Assembly (NCBI GenBank): GCA_012719545.1
Contig: JAAYAD010000030.1
Location: forward strand, 7,541 to 71,540
Length of the DNA: 64,000 bases
Direction: 5' to 3'
Source of the DNA: Clostridiaceae bacterium
GTDB taxonomy: Bacteria; Bacillota; Clostridia; DSM-8532
Shown here: piece by piece, positions 36,936 to 48,383 of the stretch
Layout of the letters: each line of letters begins with the position of its first letter
How positions within the stretch are numbered: position 1 is the stretch's first letter
Translations under genes and position numbers: made by a program
Notes under the pieces: generated by a model
Told to the model about the DNA's origin: nothing
The model's input: only the letters and a program-made list of their open reading frames with translations
Databases searched by the model: none

Positions 36936-38141
36936 TTACTCTATGACAGGCACAAGGCTTGCTATATCCTCCTCACATTCAATAACCACCTTAACATACC
37001 TCTGTCCATCTTCTCCCTCCACATGGCTCAGCTTTTCCTCAACAACCTTGCCGTCTGTAGGAAGGCTTTTGGCCAGTTCTGCTCTGGCGGTTTCTTCAGC
37101 AACTCTTATTGCCTCATCAAGAGTAAGATTCACTTGCTTTTCAATTATTTCAAAGCTTTTTTCAATCGTCAACCCTATGGGAAGCTTTAACCCAAAGGGT
37201 CCTGCAATCATCTTGTCAAAAGAGGTGGTTTCTTTAATCTCAAAAGGTACTTTCTTTCCCGGAAGCTTTATCTTCCAGTCCAAAATCCTTAAGTAAACGG
37301 TGTCATGGCTTCTGTCAGTCCTTATTCGCTGGGTGTATGTGGTGGATACAGGAACAGTGCTTTCATACCATGTCCTTGCAATTATACGGCCAAGGGCATG
37401 AACATCCTTTGTCACCACAAAATCCCCCAGGTCGGGCCTCATATTCTGAAGCTTGCCGGACACCAAAACCTGTCCTTTTCTGACAGTCTCCCCCTCTTTT
37501 ACAAGAGGATTTCCCGCATATACCTCAATGTGGGTTATAAGTCCGTCCCGTTCGGCAACAAGATTGAATGGCTCGTTATTGCGGATTAAAGCGGGAGCGG
37601 ACACGCTGTCAACTATTGATACTTTAAGCTTGACTCCTTTAAGCTCAACCCCTACCCAGGCAATGCCATCCACCTGCAGGGCGATTTTGGAAGCCAGGGC
37701 TTTGGGATTAAGCCCCATCTTAAATGTTCCCCTTCCTATCTTCTCCACTTTCAGAACTTCCATAACTTTTGGTGCAATTTCAGGCTTTCCGCCTGTGATT
37801 TCTATATCCCAGATAATTGACGTGGAGAGAGCAAAAAGAGAAATGAAAATCAGAAAGCCAAGCTTAAGCCCTCTTCGCTTCCTAAACCTGTTAAGAAAAA
37901 ATATCAAGCCGCATTTTTTAAGGATATGAACCCTGCAATATGATTTTTTTGCCGCCGGCCTCATTAGCTTAAACCCTCTGAGGCTTGCTTTCATTATTGC
38001 CGATTCATTATCCTTTCTTACAATATCCCACAAAAGAATCTGGCGTTTTGTGCAAATATTTATAAAACGCTCAATACTTTTGCCTGTTACAACAATGATA
38101 ACATATCCTCTTATATAATTCCACAAATGTACCAGAAACAT
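36936..38141 (-). CDS. yqfD: Sporulation protein YqfD
   Basis: About 400 aa. N-terminal pattern (L.NYIRGYV.I.V.G...ERFIN.C....I.LWDI) and a central TM. Follows yqfC. Confidence 0.88.
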   Translation of the reverse strand: MFLVHLWNYIRGYVIIVVTGKSIERFINICTKRQILLWDIVRKDNESAIMKASLRGFKLMRPAAKKSYCRVHILKKCGLIFFLNRFRKRRGLKLGFLIFISLFALSTSIIWDIEITGGKPEIAPKVMEVLKVEKIGRGTFKMGLNPKALASKIALQVDGIAWVGVELKGVKLKVSIVDSVSAPALIRNNEPFNLVAERDGLITHIEVYAGNPLVKEGETVRKGQVLVSGKLQNMRPDLGDFVVTKDVHALGRIIARTWYESTVPVSTTYTQRIRTDRSHDTVYLRILDWKIKLPGKKVPFEIKETTSFDKMIAGPFGLKLPIGLTIEKSFEIIEKQVNLTLDEAIRVAEETARAELAKSLPTDGKVVEEKLSHVEGEDGQRYVKVVIECEEDIASLVPVIE

Positions 38142-38159
38142 TAATCAGACCACTCTCTT

Positions 38160-38474
38160 CTATGCATCATAATCGATATTTGAAATTTTGCCGCCAATTA
38201 TGATTTCTTCGCTGGTAATCTCGCGTATTTTCAAATCGTTTCCGGTAATCTTTATAACTCCGTTGTTTGTATTTATGCGGATCATGCCGTCCTTAAAATC
38301 CATAATCCCCTTGAAATTTTCAATTAAGACCTCACCTCTGCCTATAGCCGTCACCTTTGGCCTGCTACCTATTACATCTCCCGGTATCTCAAAAAGCCTT
38401 GCCAGCTTTTCACCCAAATTTTTTGAATTCTCCTTGTCTTTAGCGCGTTTAATTCTATGAATGCCTCTCTTCAT
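38160..38474 (-). CDS. yqfC: Sporulation protein YqfC
   Basis: About 100 aa with the YabP/YqfC-like motif (FEIPGDVIGSRPKVTAIGRGEVLIENFKGI). Confidence 0.85.
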   Translation of the reverse strand: MKRGIHRIKRAKDKENSKNLGEKLARLFEIPGDVIGSRPKVTAIGRGEVLIENFKGIMDFKDGMIRINTNNGVIKITGNDLKIREITSEEIIIGGKISNIDYDA

Positions 38475-39409
38475 ACCTTTTCACCCCGCGCAAGCTTTTC
38501 AAGTTCAAATACATCGCCGAATTCATAACCAGCCTCCCGCGCGTAATCAATAATATAGCTTAAAGCCTCGGCATTATCCTTTGATACGGCATGCAAAAGA
38601 AGTATGGCGCCATTATGGAGATTGGATTTAACCTTTTCAAAGGCATATTCCCAGCCCCGCTGGCGGTTTACATTCCAGTCGTCGTAGGCAAAGCTCCAGA
38701 AAACATTGACATAACCCAATTTTGATGTGATCTCAAGGGTTCTTTCGCTGTATTCACCCTTTGGCGGCCTTAAAAATACCATGTTTGCACCGAACTTCTG
38801 GTGGAACTTCCTGTCGAGGCCCACAATTTCTTCTTCCAGTTCTTTATCGCTCAACAGGGGAAGACTTTTATGATTGATTGAGTGGTTGCCCACAGCATGG
38901 CCTTCATCAATCATTCGTTGAATAAGCTCATCTTCCTTGTCAAGGTAAGGGCCTGTGATAAAAAATATGGCATTGACCTTTTTCTCATATAGAACATCCA
39001 GAATTTTTGAAGTATAACCGTTTTCATACCCTTCATCAAAGGTCAGGTATATTTTTCTTTTGCTTGTGTCGCCGATATATATTGAATTATACTTGGCCAA
39101 CAGTTCGGGAGCACCGGGATCAGCTTTGGGAAGTCCTCCGTTTTTCCCCCTTAATATGCCCCAGCTTCTTAAGCCCTCGTAACTGTCATTAATACCGGAC
39201 GCCACATACGGGGAATCAATGTTTATGTTTTCGTTTCCCTCTGACAAGGAACCTGTAAGTTCTACGGCATAGACCCAGGCAGACATATTGGGAAGCTCAA
39301 TGGAGGTGAAGAAAAATATTGCAAGTCCCCCCAGAAAGGCAATCAGAAGCAGTATGGCATATGTCTTGCGGTTCTTCAAGCAAAACACCTTCCTGAAAAC
39401 AGCCAACAA
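38471..39409 (-). CDS. Polysaccharide deacetylase, PdaA-like (delta-lactam-biosynthetic de-N-acetylase candidate)
   Basis: NodB domain with YLTFDEGYENGYT, FFITGPY and GHAVGNHSINH motifs. The likely true start is TTG 39379 (MKNRKTYAILLLIAF signal anchor), with GGAAGGTG 6 nt upstream. Confidence 0.75.
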   Translation of the reverse strand: MLAVFRKVFCLKNRKTYAILLLIAFLGGLAIFFFTSIELPNMSAWVYAVELTGSLSEGNENINIDSPYVASGINDSYEGLRSWGILRGKNGGLPKADPGAPELLAKYNSIYIGDTSKRKIYLTFDEGYENGYTSKILDVLYEKKVNAIFFITGPYLDKEDELIQRMIDEGHAVGNHSINHKSLPLLSDKELEEEIVGLDRKFHQKFGANMVFLRPPKGEYSERTLEITSKLGYVNVFWSFAYDDWNVNRQRGWEYAFEKVKSNLHNGAILLLHAVSKDNAEALSYIIDYAREAGYEFGDVFELEKLARGEKV

Positions 39410-39491
39410 AAAAGAGCCATTATTAATGACTCTTTTTTACCTATTCACATTATATGATTGTTTTTGGGCAAGTCATGCCTAAGTTTAAATG

Positions 39492-40193
39492 CTACTGCTC
39501 AACCGGTGTCAGCAAATCTATGCTTATATCACTTACACCGGGTATGATTATATTATTTTCTTTAACCAATTCCACTTCAAATCCATAGAACTTGAATTTA
39601 TCTATAACTCCCAGCAACAGGTTCAGGGATTTCTCCATCTTATCTGCATCACCGATTGCTTTCACAACATACGGCGGAACCAGCTGCCTTCCGTTTATCA
39701 TTATATAGTCCCCTGCCTGACGTATTTCGCTTAAGGCAACAATTCTTTCGTCGTTAACGCTTATTGCCTGAACATCGGAAGCTTTAAGCTCATTAACAAG
39801 ATCCTCTATATGACGGTCCTCAATAGCCGTCCCTTCCGGCGCCCTGACGGTTATAATAAGGCCGGAACCTTTGACCGTTTCAAGGCCCGCCATAATTCTG
39901 GCATTGAGAATCTGCTGCTTAAGATCAGCCAAAAGCTGTTTGTCATAATTTTCGTTATTTTTGATAGCGTCAATTTCATCCTGAAGCTCCTGAATCCTTG
40001 CCTTTAAATCCTCATTATTGCTTTTTTCCAGCAGAAGCTCATCTATCAGTTCATTAATATTCTTTTTTTCATACTGTGCCAATACCTGATTTACCTTAAC
40101 GCTTTTAAACTGCCAGGCTATGGTTATTCCCAGCACAAGACAAACCAGAGTAAGAGAAATTATTTTAAAAGCCTTCATTTTCCACCGCCTCAA
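39492..40193 (-). CDS. DUF881 family protein (YlxW/YlxX-like)
   Basis: N-terminal TM, a coiled coil, and a C-terminal DUF881 pattern (GSGLIITV...AISVNDERIV...I...G..L.PPY.VKAIGD). Confidence 0.75.
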   Translation of the reverse strand: MRRWKMKAFKIISLTLVCLVLGITIAWQFKSVKVNQVLAQYEKKNINELIDELLLEKSNNEDLKARIQELQDEIDAIKNNENYDKQLLADLKQQILNARIMAGLETVKGSGLIITVRAPEGTAIEDRHIEDLVNELKASDVQAISVNDERIVALSEIRQAGDYIMINGRQLVPPYVVKAIGDADKMEKSLNLLLGVIDKFKFYGFEVELVKENNIIIPGVSDISIDLLTPVEQ

Positions 40194-40935
40194 GCCCTTG
40201 GAACATTTTATTCAATGGAGTCTTATAAAAATGGTACCCGTCTACTACTATATTATCCTGCTTTACAATATCGATGCGGATTCCGCAAAGCCTAAGGAAA
40301 GCAACCGGAGCCATGGTCTCTATGGCCTCAAAAAGCACATCCGGATCCCCGATAGCCTTAATGACATATGGTGCAGGATAACGCCTTTCATTTACTATTA
40401 TAGTCGGCCCGGCACAAACTGGTTTTGTTGAGTAAATAACTCTTTCACCGTTTATTGAAATGGCCTGGGCACCATGGACCTTAAGCTCGTCCAATATTAC
40501 TCTTATATCCTCGTCATGTATAATGTAATCGTCGATATCCAGTTCGCCTATTTCTGAAGCATCTTCCATTGTAATAATAATGCCCCTTCCTGTAACAGGA
40601 AGAAGCCCTGCACGCAAAAATTCATAATCACGCTGTTTTAACAGCTCCTCAGCTTCCTTGTCGTTTAAATTGGAACTGATGTTTTTGATAAGCTGCTTAT
40701 GTTCTGCCTCAAGGTTTACAAGCTGCTCCAAAAGGCGCTCTTTTTCAGCCCTTTCAGCTTCAAGCTCCGACGCAAGTTCCCTTATGGTTGTGGTATTATC
40801 GGACTTGCTTTGGACAATGCTTCTGAACTGAAGGCTGATAAGCAGGCCCAGCACAACAAAAATCAGAAACATCATGCAGCCTTTATTCATTGCAAACCGC
40901 CTTTCAAGATTTGAATTGCTGTTACAAAAACTCAA
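40165..40935 (-). CDS. DUF881 family protein (second paralogue)
   Basis: Same architecture as the neighbouring gene (GRGIIITM...AISINGERVI...PAPYVIKAIGD). Confidence 0.75.
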   Translation of the reverse strand: MSFCNSNSNLERRFAMNKGCMMFLIFVVLGLLISLQFRSIVQSKSDNTTTIRELASELEAERAEKERLLEQLVNLEAEHKQLIKNISSNLNDKEAEELLKQRDYEFLRAGLLPVTGRGIIITMEDASEIGELDIDDYIIHDEDIRVILDELKVHGAQAISINGERVIYSTKPVCAGPTIIVNERRYPAPYVIKAIGDPDVLFEAIETMAPVAFLRLCGIRIDIVKQDNIVVDGYHFYKTPLNKMFQGLEAVENEGF

Positions 40936-42007
40936 CTATTTTTTCTGTTTTTGATACCATAGTATCAACATATCGGTTGTTTACCAGTACCACAGGCCGC
41001 GAAAAATCAAGTTTATTCATAAATACGACCTCACCAATTTCTTCGGTATTGAGTCTTACCTTAGAGCCAACATAATAACCTGTTACGTTTTCCAGAAATG
41101 TTTTTAACACCAGTGGATCAAGAACTCCGAAGCTGCCATGCTGCATAAGCTCAAACACCTTGAAAGGAGTATCGTTGTTTTTATATATGCGTTTCGCGGT
41201 CATGGCATCAAAAATATCGGCTACGGTTATTATTTTTGAGTAAAGATTCAGCTGATCCCCGGTAAGCCCCATGGGATAGCCGCTTCCATCCTCCTTCTCA
41301 TGATGGGTGAGAATAGCTGTTGCAACTTCAGCAGGAATACCCGCCGTCTCCTTCAATATATAGTAGCCATATTCAGAATGCCTTTTAATCTCCTCAAACT
41401 CGCTATCGGTAAGCTTTCCGGGCTTGTTCAGAATTTCAGGGGCAATCTTGGTCTTGCCTATGTCATGGAGAAGCCCTGCCAAAGTCAAATTATTGATGTC
41501 CTTCTCGCTAAGCTTCATCCACTTGCCAATCATCATGCACAGCAGCGAAACATTAATACTGTGATAGTAAGTATATTCATCAACATTTCTGACCTGCATT
41601 ACCGAATCAATTATATATCTGTTATTGCCCGCCTTTTTGATAACAGAATCTGCAATGTTGTCAGCTTCTTCTTTATTCAGTCTTTTTCCTGAGGATATTT
41701 CTTCAAAAATCTTTTTGGTATGGCGTGCATCGTTCTCATATTCGGCGGCAAACCTGCGGACATTTTCTTCCGCCATCCGGGCGGTATCGGTTATTTCATG
41801 CTGCTGATGCTTGTATACGGCTACCGTGAGTATTCCCATGTTCTTCAGATGATTAATCATCTGGTCATTCAGAACGGTATTATCCCACAGAAGTACGTTT
41901 CCAAAGCTGTTGAAAACAGCTTCAGCAGTTATCATCCCCGGTTTTAATTCATCAATTGACAAAAACAATTTGCTTTCTACCCACATGTATTTAACCCCCG
42001 CATGCAA
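40922..42007 (-). CDS. HD-GYP domain protein (putative c-di-GMP phosphodiesterase)
   Basis: HD motif LLHDIGK and HHEKEDGSGYP (the GYP motif). The N-terminal sensor-like domain is unassigned. Confidence 0.85.
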   Translation of the reverse strand: MHAGVKYMWVESKLFLSIDELKPGMITAEAVFNSFGNVLLWDNTVLNDQMINHLKNMGILTVAVYKHQQHEITDTARMAEENVRRFAAEYENDARHTKKIFEEISSGKRLNKEEADNIADSVIKKAGNNRYIIDSVMQVRNVDEYTYYHSINVSLLCMMIGKWMKLSEKDINNLTLAGLLHDIGKTKIAPEILNKPGKLTDSEFEEIKRHSEYGYYILKETAGIPAEVATAILTHHEKEDGSGYPMGLTGDQLNLYSKIITVADIFDAMTAKRIYKNNDTPFKVFELMQHGSFGVLDPLVLKTFLENVTGYYVGSKVRLNTEEIGEVVFMNKLDFSRPVVLVNNRYVDTMVSKTEKIVEFL

Positions 42008-42069
42008 GATAAAATTGTTTGTGTCTCCTAAAACTGCCGCCCATCAGAAGTTTTGCAAAATTTCATATA

Positions 42070-44085
<2,016 letters not shown>

Positions 44086-44997
44086 TTATTCTCCGGCTTC
44101 TTTAAACACGTATAATTCACCCTGGTGCTCAAAGGCTCCAATTTCATCAAGGACAAGTTCTATGCCGTCAACTATGCCTTTTGCGGTCTTATCCCTGAAA
44201 TCATTGGACTTTAAGCGTGCATGGTCTTCCTTATTGGTTATATATGCCGTTTCAACCAATATGGCCGGCATATGGGTGTTCCTTAAAACCGAAAGGCCTC
44301 TGGACTTAATGCCGTTAAATTTAATTCCGGTAAATTCAATAATCTTGTTTGCTACTATTTCTGCATACCTTTCATCAGTAAAATCGGTATAAACGGTATC
44401 TTTGTTTAGATAATAAACCTCCATGCCGTTAACGGCAGCCGCTCCCTTAAACTTTAAATCGTATGCATTAACATGGATGCTCACAAAAAGGGACGCATTG
44501 TTTCTGTTTGCTATATCAGCTCTTTCCAGCAGATCTTTATCTATTGAATCATTAAAGTGGTAGTCCCCATCGCGGGTCAGCATTGCATTTATACCTTTAT
44601 CCTTAAGGTATTTTTCAACTCTTTTTGCGATGTCGAGGACTACGTCTTTTTCAAAGAAAGTATCATCATAAGGAGAAATTGTACCGGGATCCCTCCCGCC
44701 GTGCCCGGCATCAACAACAACCAGAACCGGTTCCATAGTTTTTCCTTCAGGTATTTCTATAGCAGGTGTCGGCTCAGGGGTGGGTGTTGCCACAGGGGTT
44801 ACAACCACCGAGCTCTCATCCGAGGGTTCTTCAACATTGTCATTATTGTTATTGTTGTTATTGTTTGCAGTGGCGCCGGCAATAATAATGGCTGTAATTG
44901 CAAGAAAGAATACCAATAGTACAGCAATAAACCGCGTCGTGTTTACGAGCCTGTAACGTGGTGCAGGCCTTCTATGTCTTACAGGTGGAATATTCAT
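44086..44997 (-). CDS. N-acetylmuramoyl-L-alanine amidase (Amidase_3, CwlD-like) with signal anchor and Asn/Thr-Pro linker
   Basis: VVVDAGHGGRDPG, SIHVNA and a conserved glutamate region typical of Amidase_3. N-terminal TM, then N8 and a TPTPEPTP linker. Confidence 0.85.
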   Translation of the reverse strand: MNIPPVRHRRPAPRYRLVNTTRFIAVLLVFFLAITAIIIAGATANNNNNNNNDNVEEPSDESSVVVTPVATPTPEPTPAIEIPEGKTMEPVLVVVDAGHGGRDPGTISPYDDTFFEKDVVLDIAKRVEKYLKDKGINAMLTRDGDYHFNDSIDKDLLERADIANRNNASLFVSIHVNAYDLKFKGAAAVNGMEVYYLNKDTVYTDFTDERYAEIVANKIIEFTGIKFNGIKSRGLSVLRNTHMPAILVETAYITNKEDHARLKSNDFRDKTAKGIVDGIELVLDEIGAFEHQGELYVFKEAGE

Positions 44998-45104
44998 TTA
45001 GTCACGCTCCGTTTTTTACTGTACTATATATAATACACTATAATATATTAAGATAACAATTAAATCCTGAGCATTTTGTATGGAAAATCATTGAATTAGC
45101 ATCT

Positions 45105-45134
45105 AAAAACAGACTGTGCTTCCGGCACAGTCTG
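45105..45134 (-). terminator. Rho-independent terminator after gpr
   Basis: 10-bp perfect stem CAGACTGTGC-cggaa-GCACAGTCTG on the minus strand, followed by TTTTT. Confidence 0.85.
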
Positions 45135-45169
45135 AATATTACCTGCTGAATCGGAATTAGCTTCATTAA

Positions 45170-46174
45170 CTATTGAATAAACCTGTCAACATCGTTAGGA
45201 CCGATATTTTCGTGAAGCGCCATATTTATTGCGTTTGCAACAAGCTTTGTAAGATACTGGACTATTTCGTCAGTATCCTTTGGCGTTACCACTAGATTTC
45301 CCGTATGAGGCTCCAGAAGTTCAATAATCATGCGATACTTTTCATCCCTGTCAATCTGGGACAGCATATTGTAAAATTGGCTTCCCTGCCCTGCCTGCTC
45401 CATCATACTGTCAAGAATAAGATCGAGGGTATCGCTTACCATGGTCGCCGCATCCACAACTGTGGGAACACCTATTGCTATTACAGGAACACCCAGGGTT
45501 TCACGGGTCAGGGCAGCCCTTTTGTTTCCGACCCCCGAACCAGGAGCAATTCCTGTATTTGCAAGCTGTATTGAAGCATTTACCCTGCTCATATTTCTGG
45601 ATGCCAATGCGTCTATGGCAATTACCAGCGCTGGTTTGACATTATCAACTATACCTTTGATGATATGGCCTGTCTCAATTCCCGTAATTCCAAGAACACC
45701 GGGAGATATTGCGCAGACCGGTCTTGTATTTTCATCCACTTCCTTTGGTAGATATTCATATATATGTCGTGTTACCAGCACAGTCTGGGCAACCCTGGGT
45801 CCCAAGGCATCGGCAGTAACATTCCAGTTTCCAAGACCAACCACAAGCACAGTATCTTTTTTATCAATATGAATTAATCTTTCAAGCTCTCTTGCAAGCA
45901 TTCTGCAGCTTTTTTCATACAAGTCCCTGCTTTTTTGCCAGATACCGGGAATATCCATTGTTATATAGGTTCCCATGGGCTTTCCGACTTTTTGTTCACC
46001 CTCCGGGGTATTTACATGAACTCTGGTAATGGATACCTCCTCATCACCGTCATGTTCTACCTGTATACCTTCTCCAAAGCCACCGTCATCGGTTCTTGCC
46101 CTTGCACCGGCGCCCACAACTCGCGACTCATCGGCCATATCGGTGCGTATGCTGCGTTTTACCTTCTCCTCCAT
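45170..46174 (-). CDS. gpr: Germination protease GPR (SASP-specific endopeptidase)
   Basis: RTDMA...VGLGNWNVTADALGP...ISPGVLGITGIET...AIDALA motifs of peptidase A25. The start is at ATG 46174 (MEEKVK), with GGAGG 6 nt upstream. Confidence 0.93.
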   Translation of the reverse strand: MEEKVKRSIRTDMADESRVVGAGARARTDDGGFGEGIQVEHDGDEEVSITRVHVNTPEGEQKVGKPMGTYITMDIPGIWQKSRDLYEKSCRMLARELERLIHIDKKDTVLVVGLGNWNVTADALGPRVAQTVLVTRHIYEYLPKEVDENTRPVCAISPGVLGITGIETGHIIKGIVDNVKPALVIAIDALASRNMSRVNASIQLANTGIAPGSGVGNKRAALTRETLGVPVIAIGVPTVVDAATMVSDTLDLILDSMMEQAGQGSQFYNMLSQIDRDEKYRMIIELLEPHTGNLVVTPKDTDEIVQYLTKLVANAINMALHENIGPNDVDRFIQ

Positions 46175-46341
46175 AGTAAACCTCCGCACGTTAAAAACAT
46201 TTTAATTTTTCAATGGCTATGAGATTATTATTTTCAGATTGCTGATTTTCAATTCCATATGAAAAATGGTGTCATGGGCTGACATAATATTTCATTAGAT
46301 TACGCAACCCTTTTTATTTTCTAAATCCTATTATTTCAAAT

Positions 46342-46462
46342 GGAAATTGAGCGGCGTGCCTGCTGCGATTTAAAGCGGAGCATTGACAGCGTAGCGGGCG
46401 CGACTTGAAAACCGGACGTTTTCACGGAGCGCTAAATCGCTGCAGGCTACAGCCGCTTGAAG
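46342..46462. repeat. GC-rich imperfect inverted repeat (~120 nt) built from two copies of a ~30-nt motif around a central hairpin
   Basis: The left arm (46346-46376) is the near reverse complement of the right arm (46431-46462). The centre holds the hairpin TGAAAAC-cggac-GTTTTCA (46405-46423). GC content is clearly above the flanking AT-rich intergenic DNA. Confidence 0.7.
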
Positions 46463-46560
46463 ACAGTAAGAAGCAATAGATAAATGTATATAGAAATGCA
46501 GGATGGATAAGATCATTTTTAAGAAAAAAAGAAAAAAACATTCCATGTCCAACAAAATTC

Positions 46561-46589
46561 TTGCAAAGGCAAATACTTCGTGTTAATAT
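46561..46589 (+). promoter_or_regulatory. SigmaA-type promoter of rpsT
   Basis: TTGCAA (46561-46566), 17 nt, then TAATAT (46584-46589), about 38 nt upstream of the rpsT ATG. Confidence 0.6.
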
Positions 46590-46626
46590 ATTGTGTGTTG
46601 CACGAAGTCAATGGGAGGTGAATTTC

Positions 46627-46893
46627 ATGCCTAATATAAAGTCTGCAATCAAAAGGGTAAAGGTTTCTAAGGTAAAGAATTATCAGAACCGCATCAAGAA
46701 GTCTGAGCTTAAGACTATCCTTCGCTCATATCGTGAAGCGGTTGAAGCTAAGGCACCCAACACCCAGGAGCTTTTAAAGCTGGCTATCAAGAAGGTTGAT
46801 CAGGCTGCCGCAAAGAAACTTATACACAAGAATACCGCCTCCAGAAAGAAGTCGCAGCTTCAGAAAGCATTTAACGCTCTTGCTGCAAAGTAA
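46627..46893 (+). CDS. rpsT: 30S ribosomal protein S20
   Basis: MPNIKSAIKRVKVSKVKNYQNRIKKSELKT... is typical of S20. GGGAGGTG SD upstream. The track ORF from 46561 is an upstream extension. Confidence 0.95.
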   Translation: MPNIKSAIKRVKVSKVKNYQNRIKKSELKTILRSYREAVEAKAPNTQELLKLAIKKVDQAAAKKLIHKNTASRKKSQLQKAFNALAAK

Positions 46894-46940
46894 TTTGGTG
46901 TTTAGGCTTTAGACTGGTTAAATAATTGATATTAAAGAAT

Positions 46941-46966
46941 AAAACGTACCAATGGTACGTTTTTTG
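46941..46966 (+). terminator. Rho-independent terminator after rpsT (A-tract upstream makes it potentially bidirectional)
   Basis: AAAACGTACC-aat-GGTACGTTTTTT. Confidence 0.8.
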
Positions 46967-47034
46967 CTTTTTATAACATTTATTCGTTGAGAATATGATA
47001 CTGGCAGAATATAAGCTTGTTTAGAGTACAAGCC

Positions 47035-47634
47035 TTAGTTGACATTCTTGACTGTTATGTCTTTCATTTCCACATTTGCGTGACGTACCACAATATCGCT
47101 TATATTGGCTACTTCAGCGGCAGAAAGGCTGTCAGCCTTAACTATAACGTCAACATTTCCTGTTTCGCTCATAAGTGCCAGTGCATCCTCGAAGCCCCTT
47201 TGTTTTATGAGGGTTTCAATGGTGGCTTCCGCCTCGCTTCTTCTTATGACATCCAGAAGCTTCTCCTGGGCTTCACCCACGGTAAGGCTTGATGCTGCAA
47301 CTGCATCATTTGTGCCGTCCAAAATTGCCTTAAGCTCCTCTTTCTGCTTGCTTCTGGCTTTGTCTCTTTCTAGGCGTGCTTCGGCAAAATATCCGGAAGC
47401 TGCTGTTGTCTGTTCAATGGTTTCACTGTCGATATTTTCTACACCGCTGTTGTTAACATAAACGGCCGCTCCCGGAATATCCTCATAATTTTTGCCCAGT
47501 GCATCCAAAAGAGATGTTGTCTGAAGGTCATTGCCACTAAAATATTCTCCCTCTCCTCCATAGTAATACTGCAATATTCCTACCGTTATAATTACCAGTA
47601 CAAGCCCCAGTACTATTATTTGCTTTCTTTTCAT
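47035..47634 (-). CDS. spoIIIAH: Stage III sporulation protein AH
   Basis: N-terminal TM and the YFAEARLERDKARSKQKEEL...IETLIKQRGFEDALA pattern of SpoIIIAH. Last gene of the spoIIIA cluster. Confidence 0.85.
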   Translation of the reverse strand: MKRKQIIVLGLVLVIITVGILQYYYGGEGEYFSGNDLQTTSLLDALGKNYEDIPGAAVYVNNSGVENIDSETIEQTTAASGYFAEARLERDKARSKQKEELKAILDGTNDAVAASSLTVGEAQEKLLDVIRRSEAEATIETLIKQRGFEDALALMSETGNVDVIVKADSLSAAEVANISDIVVRHANVEMKDITVKNVN

Positions 47635-47790
47635 ACCCTTCCCTCCAAGCCGTTTATTGAAATGGTGTATTTTCCATGTTATTTAACTTTTAAGGACCAT
47701 GCTGCATATTTAATTTTTTATTCCGCTTTCTATGCATCTTCGGATTCCTCACAAAAAATACTTATGTAAAATTATATTTAATCTGCTGGC

Positions 47791-48381
47791 CTATTTATGC
47801 TTCAATACGTGAACACGATGTTCAGGAATTCCCAGAAGGGTGCAAACGGCTTTATTAAGCTGTTCCTTTATAAGGATGTCATCAGCGCCTTCTGCAACCA
47901 CAACAACTCCTCTTATTTGTGGAACCAGCACCTTTAAGATCACTGGGTTCTCATTGCCTGACAATGCCACCTCCCTTGTTTCGCTGATTTCAGAGGACCT
48001 TCCTGTTTCCCTCTCATCGTTTCTGGTATCCTGTACATTGTTGTATGCAGGAACCTGTTCACTGCTGGAATCGGCATATATCATAACACTTACCGCTCCG
48101 GCTCCTTCAACCTTGGATAAAAGCTCTGATAACCTTTTTTCAAGGTCGGTTATAAGCTCATATCCGTCAATGGGAGAATTGCTGGCAGATTGGGTTCCGG
48201 AAGTTGATATGCCGCTTGTTTTGCCGGTTTCCATGGCATCGTCAGGCTTTGCCAGGTAACTTCCCGCAAGCACAATCATAACCCCTAGAATGATAAAAAT
48301 TATGATGGTTTCAAAAGGTGATGGTTTTTTCTTCCCATCTTCATTTTTCTTTGCAAAAAATCCGGATAAATTACTCAGCAT
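47791..48381 (-). CDS. spoIIIAG: Stage III sporulation protein AG
   Basis: TM anchor plus a C-terminal ring-building motif (PQIRGVVVVAEGADD...L.KAV.TLLGIP.HRV.V). Confidence 0.85.
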   Translation of the reverse strand: MLSNLSGFFAKKNEDGKKKPSPFETIIIFIILGVMIVLAGSYLAKPDDAMETGKTSGISTSGTQSASNSPIDGYELITDLEKRLSELLSKVEGAGAVSVMIYADSSSEQVPAYNNVQDTRNDERETGRSSEISETREVALSGNENPVILKVLVPQIRGVVVVAEGADDILIKEQLNKAVCTLLGIPEHRVHVLKHK

Positions 48382-48383
48382 AC

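Noticed and set aside
46370-46555. 61-codon minus-strand ORF between gpr and rpsT
   Set aside because: It has no SD and lies across the GC-rich inverted-repeat element. Its sequence is low-complexity and hydrophobic at the AT-rich end. It is most likely a by-product of the repeat.
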